Source of the DNA: Planctomycetota bacterium
Lineage (GTDB): Bacteria; Planctomycetota; Phycisphaerae; WQYP01
Assembly (NCBI GenBank): GCA_021818445.1
Contig: JAKAEB010000005.1
Location: 26,780 to 90,779, forward strand
Direction of reading: 5' to 3'
DNA length: 64,000 bases
Part shown: one piece after another, positions 1-7,973 of the stretch
Numbering within the stretch: position 1 is the stretch's first letter
How the letters are laid out: each line of letters begins with the position of its first letter
The notes under the pieces: model-generated
Seen by the model: the letters and a program-made list of their open reading frames with translations, nothing else
What the model was told of the DNA's origin: nothing
The model's database searches: none
Program-made: the position numbers and the translations under genes

Positions 1-411
1 AGAAGCAAAGTTGATGGCATTCAAACGATAACCCTGGCCTATCCTGCAAAGAAGTTCCAGTTGGACCGCAAGTTTCTTTACATCATGGTGCTTCAGGCGG
101 CCAATCAGAAAGTTTCGGGCAGACCATATGTGGAAACCTTTAACCATAAAAACTCGTTTGGACAGCCTGAGACTCTTGAGCGACTGGTGATACCAAGTTA
201 CAGCGTATCACCCCATTATAAAGTATTGATCTATCCGTTCCGCAAGGGGCAAACGCTGCCAACCGCCGCCTGGAAGCAAGGCCACTCTCATCTGGTCATT
301 CAACTGCCGGGTGAACACGACACATGGACGTTCAAACCTTTGGCAAGCGGTCGATGCCACCTGACATTCAGCAGAAATGGAAAGGTAATATTTTCAGGTA
401 TTAAGCATTAA
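1..411 (+). CDS. C-terminal part of a hypothetical protein, truncated by the window edge
   Basis: Frame is open from base 1 (RSKVDGIQT...) to TAA at 409-411; no diagnostic motif. Confidence 0.6.
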   Translation, partial: RSKVDGIQTITLAYPAKKFQLDRKFLYIMVLQAANQKVSGRPYVETFNHKNSFGQPETLERLVIPSYSVSPHYKVLIYPFRKGQTLPTAAWKQGHSHLVIQLPGEHDTWTFKPLASGRCHLTFSRNGKVIFSGIKH

Positions 412-512
412 GTCAATGATTTTGGGTGGCACCCGTCGGCCCCCGGCTCGGTGCCCAGGATTCACCGACGGCAAGCGTTTATATTGGTGAACAGGTAATT
501 AGAGTTATATAG

Positions 513-1523
513 ATGAATTCAGGCAAGTATATTCACTCAATCCTTTGCGCGGCTGTCGGTTTTGCCGCCTCTATTTCATTGGTGACCCAAGCCGTGGTCG
601 CTCGTGAGAAGAGCAACAGCGGGGATACGGCCAAAATGGTAAGCACCGTTGGCCATGTGCGACAGAACACACCTATCTGGGTGTATATCCTCGCAGGTCA
701 GTCCAACATGACGGGCCAAGGTTATATGAAAAACCTTCCACCGCATTTTGTCATCAATCGGAAGGTTCTTTTATATCATTCCCCCGGCGATCTTCGCGAC
801 AATGCCCCAGCGGACACCTGGATTCATCTCCGCCAGGCTGCGGAATCGCCTGATCGGTTTGGCCCGGAACTTTCATTTGGCAACCGAATACAGCAATTTT
901 TTCCACATCACCATATTGCACTGATTAAAGACGCCTGGACATCAACAGACCTTGAACACCATTGGAACCCCGGCAAAAACCGCACTGACAAAGCGGATTG
1001 GGGGCCTCAATTTAAGGAATTGGTGCAGACCGTTGACAGCGGTATGAAGTCGCTGCGAAAACTGGGCTATTCCCCACACATTGTTGGCATGCTTTGGCAG
1101 CAGGGCGAAAATGATGCCTTTGATGGGACGAAAGTTTCAGCTCAATACGGGTGGAATCTTTATCATTTTATCCATCGGGTTCGCCAGCAATTCAGGGTAC
1201 CGCACATGCTGTTTGTCTACGGACTGGTGATTCCACAACCAGACATGGGTCTTTTTACGGTTAACGCGCAGTGTCGGGCGCTGGTGCGTCTGGGGGAGCG
1301 TGAGGTCGCGCATAATTCAAAGAGTCCGCTGGCGGTTCACGGTGCCTATTTAGTCAATACCAATGACCTTGAACTGCGTGCCCAGGACCCCAAAGTGCCA
1401 ATTCCCTACCTCAAAAGAGACCATCTGCATTTTGGTACGATGGGACAAATTGACCTCGGATATCTTTACGCCGACAGCATGTACCGGCATCAGACACTAC
1501 TGCCACCGCATTTCCGCAAATAA
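513..1523 (+). CDS. Secreted carbohydrate acetylesterase, SASA/DUF303 (CE6-like, SGNH fold)
   Basis: Signal peptide; motifs ILAGQSNM (catalytic Ser), FGPELSFG, GMLWQQGEND and DHLH. Confidence 0.85.
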   Translation: MNSGKYIHSILCAAVGFAASISLVTQAVVAREKSNSGDTAKMVSTVGHVRQNTPIWVYILAGQSNMTGQGYMKNLPPHFVINRKVLLYHSPGDLRDNAPADTWIHLRQAAESPDRFGPELSFGNRIQQFFPHHHIALIKDAWTSTDLEHHWNPGKNRTDKADWGPQFKELVQTVDSGMKSLRKLGYSPHIVGMLWQQGENDAFDGTKVSAQYGWNLYHFIHRVRQQFRVPHMLFVYGLVIPQPDMGLFTVNAQCRALVRLGEREVAHNSKSPLAVHGAYLVNTNDLELRAQDPKVPIPYLKRDHLHFGTMGQIDLGYLYADSMYRHQTLLPPHFRK

Positions 1524-1672
1524 GGATGCCCCGTCATGTTTTAACGTAAGTTCGGGGTAAGGAATCACGGTTTTTCCTGATTTCCGGTTACTTTCCCGCA
1601 ACTGTACGATCAAGCGTAGAAAATAAAGCGATTATTTTCGAGGCGGGACACGCCATGGCGAGGTGTTTTTGA

Positions 1673-1714
1673 CGCGCGTGCACCATGCACGCGGCTAAAT
1701 GGGGTGGCGGGTGT
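1673..1714. repeat. Dispersed palindromic repeat, family A (CGCGTGCA-CCA-TGCACGCG plus GCTAAATGGGG tail)
   Basis: Near-identical sequence at 56331-56371 and a variant within 56521-56588. Confidence 0.8.
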
Positions 1715-2026
1715 GAAACGGCTTGCAGGATGTCCGCATCGCCATCGGTGCCGCAGACTCGCGCCATTTGCTTGGGCGAAAGGTTTAATGCCTCGAAGAA
1801 AACGCAAATTACAGCGCCCCTTATCCCGAACTCAAGTTATTTTGAATATATTAGCTGGAGGTGGGTTGGTTCAGCCAGAGAAGGCAAATTTCTAGTGCTT
1901 TGCGTGCTGGCTGCGACGTCCGCTTCCGCTGGATGGCACGGGCTTAAGCACGGCCAACGCGACGCGGGCTACCGGAGTGATGACGCCAAAAGACAGACAG
2001 GGTTTGTGCTGCGAATGCTGAGTGTT

Positions 2027-2506
2027 TCAGCGGAGGTCAATTTCATCCACCAATGTGAATTCTTCATCGGATAGCACAATGCTTGCCAGCGCCGGATTGT
2101 CCACATGGATAACAACCGTGGGGTCCCGTGAGGGATTGGTGATCAGTCCGTAGACGTAGTGGATGTCTACTTCAGCCGCCAGCAGGGCCTTGCCAATTCG
2201 TGCCAGGCCGTCCACCGCACTCCCCTCGGGCATTTCGACGGCTACCAGTTCGCAGATGGAAAATGGGTGGTGATGCATATTGAGAATTTGTGCCGCCATG
2301 TCTGTGTCATTAAACACAAACCGCACGACGGCACAATCGAATCCCTGCAGGACGGTAAGGGCGAGAATCTTGACATCTGACTCGTCAAAGATACCCATGA
2401 GCGACGCCAGCATGCCGACGCGGTTTTCCACAAAAACCGACACTTGCCGTACGCAAGGTGTGCCATGAGATTTTGCGGTGCTTGGACTCTCAGATGCATT
2501 TGCCAT
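2027..2506 (-). CDS. ACT-domain (amino acid-binding) protein
   Basis: QVSVFVENRVGMLA...ILALTV and a second ACT repeat (LARIGKALLAAEVDIHYVY). Confidence 0.85.
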   Translation of the reverse strand: MANASESPSTAKSHGTPCVRQVSVFVENRVGMLASLMGIFDESDVKILALTVLQGFDCAVVRFVFNDTDMAAQILNMHHHPFSICELVAVEMPEGSAVDGLARIGKALLAAEVDIHYVYGLITNPSRDPTVVIHVDNPALASIVLSDEEFTLVDEIDLR

Positions 2507-2685
2507 GGGTTATATATTAACCACAACGCGAAGTTTTCAACAGTGAATTTTCCCTGCGGTGGCCCCAATGGGCTTGCTGGTTTGGGCAGGCTTTGAAATG
2601 TTGGCCATATCGCAGGATAATTCGGTAGTTTGGCGGCAGGCGAAACGACGGAACTGAAAGCGGCGGTAAAAATGGAGCATGACCG

Positions 2686-3249
2686 ATGAACGAATTGACC
2701 AATTGGTTTTTACGGCCGCGCGTCTTTCTTGGCATGCTGATTTTCGCGTTCATCGTTGTTTTTTTGGTCGGGTACCACAACAACCAGATTAAGCAGCAGC
2801 ATAAAATGGCGGCATCCGGCACTGGCCGATCGGCAGGAGCGGGCTATCCGGCGAAAAGGCCGACGCATAATGTCCTGAGCCATTTGCCTGTTATAAAGGT
2901 GGCCATCGCGGGACAGATATTTAAGCTGTGGTTGGCAAGCACCACGGCGGAAAAGGAGGCTGGCCTGATGCATGTGAGCCAATTGGCCGCCGATCGCGGG
3001 ATGATCTTTTTGTTCCACACACCGAAGCCCGAAACATTCTGGATGAAAAATACGCCCATCCCACTGGATCTGGTTTTTCTTAATGCCACCAAGGTGGCAC
3101 GCATTTACACCATGAAACCCCTGCAAACCAAGGTGTTATACCCCAGCAAGGAACCGGTGACGGCAGCGATAGAACTCAAGGCCGGAACTTGTGCTAAACT
3201 TGGGCTTAAACCGGGAGACCAGATAAAACTTCCGGTAAGTGCAGGCTAA
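2686..3249 (+). CDS. DUF192 family membrane-anchored protein
   Basis: N-terminal TM helix; motifs EKEAGLM, GMIFLF, FWMKNTPIPLDLVFL, AIELKAG and GLKPGD. Confidence 0.9.
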   Translation: MNELTNWFLRPRVFLGMLIFAFIVVFLVGYHNNQIKQQHKMAASGTGRSAGAGYPAKRPTHNVLSHLPVIKVAIAGQIFKLWLASTTAEKEAGLMHVSQLAADRGMIFLFHTPKPETFWMKNTPIPLDLVFLNATKVARIYTMKPLQTKVLYPSKEPVTAAIELKAGTCAKLGLKPGDQIKLPVSAG

Positions 3250-3263
3250 AAGCCGACGCGTGG

Positions 3264-4130
3264 GTGGTTGGTGATGCGATGTCGATGGAATCCTCAGGAG
3301 TACGCGTGGCGTTAAGCAGTGTAGCGGGCCAGAAAATGGATTTACCGAATCGGGCTCGAAAAATACTTAAAAACCCTTTGAGTTGGCTGGGTATTGCCCT
3401 GCTCGTGTCGCTATTGCTGGTTGTGGTGGTGGCGTTGCTGACAGCCATGACACCAAGTTGGTACGCCCCGCTGCACGCCGGAAGGCGGCGCGTGCTGAAC
3501 CTGGCAGACAGTGCCGAGCGTGTGCTGCTTCAACTGCGCAACGAGATTGATAATCCGGCCCGTAAAACCATTACATGGACAATCAGCCAGGCCCAGATTA
3601 ATTCTTTGTTGGCGGTGCGTTATTCTGCACCGGCGTCGGCGCAGTCCACCGCTGTTTTTGTGGGGCCGTTTGTGCGTCTGACGCACGGCCGAATTACGCT
3701 GGCCATACGCGATATGCATCTGCCGTTTCATTCGGTCGCCAGTTTGACGATCGGCATACGGTCAATACCGCCGGTGCCGTCGGGTGCGCCGGAAGCACAC
3801 ATCAGTCTGGAGGCGGTGCATATTGGTTGGGTGCCGATTCCCCGATCTAAGGTGCTTGGCGTCCTGCATCAGCGGTTGAAGGAAGTAGCCCCCCTGATTA
3901 CCCAGACGCTGGCGCGGTATGCGGGGTCGCGTTATGCGGCAGCCGAAACACCGCAAATTCTTCAGTACATTCAGCATGCCATGCACGGCAAGCCATTTCC
4001 TCTCACGTTGCGTGCGGGAGGGCGAACATTGCAACTGGAGCACATTACCATACGCGGGCAGCATACGTCGGCCTCCGGTGTACGGGTGCCGGCGCGCATT
4101 GTGCTGGTGCTTAAACAGATATCCGCATGA
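3264..4130 (+). CDS. Hypothetical membrane-anchored protein (start uncertain)
   Basis: 288-aa ORF with one hydrophobic helix; stop overlaps the rsmA start (ATGA). Confidence 0.7.
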   Translation: MVGDAMSMESSGVRVALSSVAGQKMDLPNRARKILKNPLSWLGIALLVSLLLVVVVALLTAMTPSWYAPLHAGRRRVLNLADSAERVLLQLRNEIDNPARKTITWTISQAQINSLLAVRYSAPASAQSTAVFVGPFVRLTHGRITLAIRDMHLPFHSVASLTIGIRSIPPVPSGAPEAHISLEAVHIGWVPIPRSKVLGVLHQRLKEVAPLITQTLARYAGSRYAAAETPQILQYIQHAMHGKPFPLTLRAGGRTLQLEHITIRGQHTSASGVRVPARIVLVLKQISA

Positions 4131-5032
4131 CGAAATCGGACATCCATTCAGCCATTAAACGGGTGCTGCACGAGGCCGGGATGCACCCGCGTCATCGGTT
4201 TGGCCAGAATTTTATGATTGAGCCATCCTCTCTGGATGCCATGGTTCAAAGTGCCCGGATTGCGCCCGACGACCGGGTGCTGGAGATTGGCCCGGGGCCG
4301 GGCAATTTAACGCAGTTGCTGGCGCAGCGGGCGGCCCATGTGCTGGCGGTGGATATTGACCGTCAGTTGCTGCCGGCGGCGCAGGCGTCGCTTGCCGGGT
4401 ACCGTAACATCACCTGGCTTTGCGCCGATGCGCTTGATGGCAAACATCGCTTGGCGGCCGTCGTGCACGACGCACTGATAAAAATGGCGGACGGGAGGGG
4501 TGTAAAATTGGTGGCCAATCTTCCTTATAACATCGCCAGCCCGCTGGTTGTCATCCTGCTTTCGCTGGCGTGGCGGCATCAACGCGGACTACCGGGGGGT
4601 GTGCACTTCCAACAACTGACGTTCACTGTGCAGTTGGAGGTAGCTCGGCGTATGACGGCCACACCCGACAACAACGCCTACGGTGCCCTGACGGTTATGA
4701 TTGCCGCCATGGCGCAGGCACGGGTAATCCGCACCATACCACCCGGCCATTTTTGGCCGCCCCCGCAGATTGATTCCGCTCTGGTGGAGATTATCCCCCA
4801 GCCCGATCGATCGGCGGCGATTGCTGATTTTGCGTTTTTGGAAACGTTTGTATCGCAGATGTTTTCGCATCGGCGGCAGACCATCCGCAACGCACTGCGT
4901 CACAGTGCCAATGGATCGCTGTTGGGTGGATTAACCGATGTTGCCAACCGCTGGCTGGATCAGCGTCCGGGTGAATTGCGTGCGGAGGATTTTGTTTTGC
5001 TGGCCAACCAATGGCAGCCGCTGGCCAGATAA
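4127..5032 (+). CDS. rsmA: 16S rRNA adenine dimethyltransferase RsmA/KsgA
   Basis: FGQNF, VLEIGPGPG, VANLPYNIAS, QLEVARRM and FWPPPQIDS motifs. Confidence 0.95.
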   Translation: MTKSDIHSAIKRVLHEAGMHPRHRFGQNFMIEPSSLDAMVQSARIAPDDRVLEIGPGPGNLTQLLAQRAAHVLAVDIDRQLLPAAQASLAGYRNITWLCADALDGKHRLAAVVHDALIKMADGRGVKLVANLPYNIASPLVVILLSLAWRHQRGLPGGVHFQQLTFTVQLEVARRMTATPDNNAYGALTVMIAAMAQARVIRTIPPGHFWPPPQIDSALVEIIPQPDRSAAIADFAFLETFVSQMFSHRRQTIRNALRHSANGSLLGGLTDVANRWLDQRPGELRAEDFVLLANQWQPLAR

Positions 5033-5081
5033 TGGGACAATTGCATGTGTGATTTTTTTTTCATGGACGGAGGCTTTGGCA

Positions 5082-5966
5082 ATGAGCGATGTGGTTTATC
5101 TTAATGGGTCAATTATTGATTCTGACACCGCCGGAATTTCCGTTTTTGACGCGGGATATCTGCACGGGGCGGGCTTATTTGAGACCATGCGGGCGCATCA
5201 CGGCAAGGGGGTACGGACGGGTGCCCATATTGCCCGGCTCAACACCAGTGCCGCCGCGATCGGGTTGGAACTGCATTTGGACGAGTCTGTTATTGCCGAG
5301 GCCATCGCGGAACTGCTCGGGGCGCGGGGCCTGACCGATGCCCGCGTGCGATTAACGATTTCCACCGGTTCGACGAGTACGGACGGCACTGGTGAACCGA
5401 CGCCGACCGTTTTAATCACAGCGGCACCGTGGGTTTCCTATCCCGAAGAACTTTATCAAGCGGGTATGCAGGTGGTTATATCCGAACTATTTCAAAACCC
5501 GCGATCGGTAACCTGCGGGCATAAAACCATCAGCTATCTGGACCGTATGACTTCGCTGCATAAAGCCCGTCTGGCCCGCGCCGGTGAATCATTGTGGTTT
5601 ACCGAGGTGGATAAGCAACTGGCCGAGGGTTCCATCAGTAATATTTTTCTGGTATCGCAGGATGGGGCGATCCGCACACCGCCGTTGATGTGGGATAAAT
5701 TTCCGCAGTTTCGGCTTGTCCTGCCTGGTATTGCCCGCGGTCTGGTGCTGGAATCCGCCCGGTCGATGGGCTTGCCCGTCCACGAAACGCCGCTGAACAT
5801 TCGCGATGTGCTCGGTGCCCGCGAGGTATTTTTAACCAATATGATCATGGGCGTTATGCCGGTGTGCCGGGTGGAACAGCATGCGATTAACGACGGCAAA
5901 CCGGGTGAATTATCCGTTCTGTTGCGGACACGTATGAACCAGATATTGGAGCAGACCGATGCCTGA
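5082..5966 (+). CDS. Aminotransferase class IV (branched-chain aminotransferase / ADC lyase family)
   Basis: DAGYLHGAGLFETMR, HKT (PLP Lys), AEGSISNIF, LPGIAR and EVFLTN; ATG 5082 follows GGAGG. Confidence 0.9.
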   Translation: MSDVVYLNGSIIDSDTAGISVFDAGYLHGAGLFETMRAHHGKGVRTGAHIARLNTSAAAIGLELHLDESVIAEAIAELLGARGLTDARVRLTISTGSTSTDGTGEPTPTVLITAAPWVSYPEELYQAGMQVVISELFQNPRSVTCGHKTISYLDRMTSLHKARLARAGESLWFTEVDKQLAEGSISNIFLVSQDGAIRTPPLMWDKFPQFRLVLPGIARGLVLESARSMGLPVHETPLNIRDVLGAREVFLTNMIMGVMPVCRVEQHAINDGKPGELSVLLRTRMNQILEQTDA

Positions 5967-7128
5967 TAAATCACGCATTGTCGAGACGAAACGCGATCAG
6001 CCAAACTATCCGCGACTATCAGACATGGCGGCTTATCTGAACAAAATCGCGCCACTGGCCGCAGCCGAGTCGTGGGACAATGTCGGCCTGATTGCAGCAC
6101 CGCGCGGTAACCCAACGATAAAACGCGTGCTTATTGCGTTGGATTTAACCCGGGATGTATTGGATGAATGCCGCCGGCAAAAGATCGATATGCTTATCTG
6201 TTATCACCCGCCGATATTCAAACCGCTGGCAAAACTTATCCCTGCCGGTGACACGCCGGAATCACTGGCTCTGGAGCTTTTTCGCATGGGCGTGGCGATT
6301 TACAGCCCGCATACGGCGCTGGATGTGGCCGACGGCGGCACCAACGATGCACTGGCGGCAGCGCTGCAAATTAGGGTGGTGGGTTCATTGACCGATGTGC
6401 CGGCGGCGGAGCGGCAATTCAAATTGGTCACCTTTGTTCCTGAGGATGCCGTTGAAACAATGGCAGCGGCAATATTTGCGACGGGTGCTGGCTGCATCGG
6501 TAAAAACAGCCGCTACACCTGCTGCAGTTTTCGCTCTCCGGGGCAGGGTACCTTTCGAGGTGATGAGACCACCCAACCTGCGGTGGGGAATAAGGGTCGC
6601 ATGGAAATGGTGCCGGAAATCCGTTGGGAAACCGTTGTGGGGGAATCGGCATTAACTGCCGCCATTGACGCCTTGAAAACCGCACATCCCTATGAGGAGC
6701 CTGCGTATGACGTCATCCCATTGGCCAACCCGATAGCCGCGCCCGGCATGGGGCGGTTCGGCGAACTTACCGCCTCTGTTGAGCTTGGCACCTTCGCGAA
6801 ACATGCCAAAAGGCGACTTGGTGCCGCCACGGTGCAAGTGGCGGGCCACGCCACAAGTGCAGTTCGCACCTGTGCCTTGCTGGCGGGCAGCGGCGGGCGG
6901 CTGGCGATCGATGCACACCGTTCGCGGCCCTTTGATGTGCTGATTACCGGTGAATTGAAGCACCATGATTTGCTGGCCTACCGGGCAGCGTCTATTAATG
7001 TGATACTATTGGGGCACGCCGCATCTGAAGCGCCGGTGTTGCCTGTGCTGGCAGCGATGATAGAAACCCAATGGCCGATGGTGCGCCCAACTGTATTGAA
7101 GCCAGTCGCGACGACGCTTCCGGTGTGA
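5959..7128 (+). CDS. Nif3-like dinuclear metal centre protein (DUF34) with PII-like insertion
   Basis: AESWDNVGL, YHPPIF, YSPHTALD, KLVTFVP...HPYEEPAYD, TGELKHH and GHAASE. Confidence 0.92.
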   Translation: MPDKSRIVETKRDQPNYPRLSDMAAYLNKIAPLAAAESWDNVGLIAAPRGNPTIKRVLIALDLTRDVLDECRRQKIDMLICYHPPIFKPLAKLIPAGDTPESLALELFRMGVAIYSPHTALDVADGGTNDALAAALQIRVVGSLTDVPAAERQFKLVTFVPEDAVETMAAAIFATGAGCIGKNSRYTCCSFRSPGQGTFRGDETTQPAVGNKGRMEMVPEIRWETVVGESALTAAIDALKTAHPYEEPAYDVIPLANPIAAPGMGRFGELTASVELGTFAKHAKRRLGAATVQVAGHATSAVRTCALLAGSGGRLAIDAHRSRPFDVLITGELKHHDLLAYRAASINVILLGHAASEAPVLPVLAAMIETQWPMVRPTVLKPVATTLPV

Positions 7129-7160
7129 TGGCATCCGCTTGCGGCCGCATGACACCATCT

Positions 7161-7870
7161 GCCGCACGGAGACGTATTATTGTCTCGCGCAGAGGCGCGG
7201 AGCCGCGGAGAGAATTATAAAAATATGACACAGCTACATCCGCGAACCTTCGCGCTCTTGGCGATCTTCGCGTTGCAAATAGGTACTTTGATTCACCGCA
7301 AAGATCGCGGAGGACGCCAAGAAACGCCAAGCATATTGGATATGGGAATACCTAATTGTCGCGATTTGGCTAATATGGTGCGAATGATCCGGTGACTTAA
7401 ACTCTGTGGCTCTTTTCTCTGTGCGCCACATAAACAAATATCATCATGCCAGCGGCATGAAACCTTATGCCGCACGGAGAAGTGTTATTATCTCGCGCAG
7501 AGGCGCGGGGGCACGGAGAGAGGCATGAAACTATGACACAGCTACATCGGCGAACCTTCGCGCTCTTGGCGATCTCCGCGTTGCAAATAGGTACTTTGAT
7601 TCACCGCAAAGATCGCGGAGGACGCCAAGAAACGCCAAGCATATTGGATATGGACCTGCCTAATTGTCGTGATTTGGCTAATATGGTGTGAGATATCCGG
7701 TGACTTAAACTCTGTGGCTCTTTTCTCTGTGCGCCACATAAACAAATATCATCATGCCAGCGGCATGAAACCTTATGCCACACGGAGAGGTATTATTATC
7801 TCGCGCAGAGGCGCGGAGCCTCGGAGAGAATTATAACAATATGACACAGCTACATCCGCGAACCTTCGCG
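7161..7870. repeat. Tandem direct repeat, 308-bp unit, about 2.3 copies
   Basis: Units start at 7161, 7469 and 7777 (GCC[G/A]CACGGAGA...); long identical blocks with clustered substitutions and a constant period. Confidence 0.95.
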
Positions 7871-7907
7871 TGCTTGGCTCTCGGCTGTGCAAATGGCTAC
7901 CCGGATT

Positions 7908-7924
7908 CACCGCCAAGGGCGGTG
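7908..7924. repeat. REP-like palindrome CACCGCC-AAG-GGCGGTG
   Basis: Perfect 7-bp inverted repeat resembling the palindromes at 36117-36349. Confidence 0.5.
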
Positions 7925-7973
7925 GCTATATAACGCCTGCGGCAACACCACCGCCACGTGGCACCGCGCGATA

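Noticed and set aside
1685-2074. 129-aa ORF
   Set aside because: It starts within a repeat, overlaps the ACT gene end and lacks protein-like features.
7161-7870. CRISPR array
   Set aside because: The unit is 308 bp and nearly identical throughout, with no unique spacers and no cas genes.
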